NCBI GenBank assembly: GCA_009859145.1
Contig: VRVR01000011.1
Coordinates: 206,026 to 270,025 of the forward strand
DNA: 64,000 nucleotides
DNA from: Andalucia godoyi And28
Taxonomy: Eukaryota > Protista > Jakobida
Reading direction: 5' to 3'
Made by a program: the position numbers and the translations under genes. This document shows, in pieces, positions 63,723 through 64,000 of the stretch; the first letter of the stretch is position 1; every line of letters starts with the position of its first letter. The notes beneath the pieces are model-generated. The model was not told where the DNA came from, did not search any database, and saw nothing but the letters and a program-made list of their open reading frames with translations.

Positions 63723-64000
63723 TTGCAGTCAGCATCCGCGCCCATCCAATGAGTTCCCCTTTTGAGTGGGGACATCCGTGGTGTCTGCGCACCGCAAAAC
63801 AGAAACAGCCTATGTTTCGTCAGAGCTCTCGAATGGATCAATTAGTGCATTCGTTGGAACCGTTTGGACTTTGGGAACCGGGAGGAAACTAGGGGTTTCA
63901 ACGAGCTTCATTTATTGCCATTCCGCATTTTATCGAGTTTTGTTCTCTGTTGCTCTCTTGATCTTTCATTCTCTGTTTTCCATCGAGCGGATATTGCGTT
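63723..64000 (+). repeat. Dispersed non-coding repeat (runs off window end)
   Basis: Near-identical reverse complement of 27504-27779. Confidence 0.92.

Overview
Eukaryotic genomic DNA from a compact, gene-dense, intron-poor protist. Tubulin glycylase/deglutamylase and centriolar genes suggest a flagellate, but the species cannot be identified from sequence alone. The window holds about 30 protein-coding genes, mostly housekeeping: mS23, DCP1, SRPK, PIBF1-like, lipocalin, NDUFB9, cullin, DCPS, FDXR, HAD nucleotidase, ANP32, TTLL10-like, RPS12, QTRT1, CCP/AGBL4-like, RPL18, APEX1 and several large coiled-coil proteins. Intergenic regions are T/A-rich with long CT/AG microsatellites. The main accessory content is a set of internally deleted or frameshifted IS607-type transposons carrying Fanzor2 (TnpB-derived RNA-guided nuclease) fragments at ~10.3-10.5 kb, 59.2-60.7 kb and 63.1-63.6 kb. 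No intact Fanzor or recombinase ORF is present. Four separate copies nevertheless keep a structured right end that terminates in AGGCG and is followed by four different flanks, which matches an omegaRNA scaffold plus guide layout. Also found: a dual-guide box C/D snoRNA (snR60/SNORD80-like) in the RPL18 intron, a shared telo-box-like motif upstream of both cytosolic ribosomal protein genes, a three-copy non-coding dispersed repeat, and a decayed Cys-rich multi-TM surface-protein gene abutting one Fanzor end. All protein family calls come from motif recognition, not database searches.
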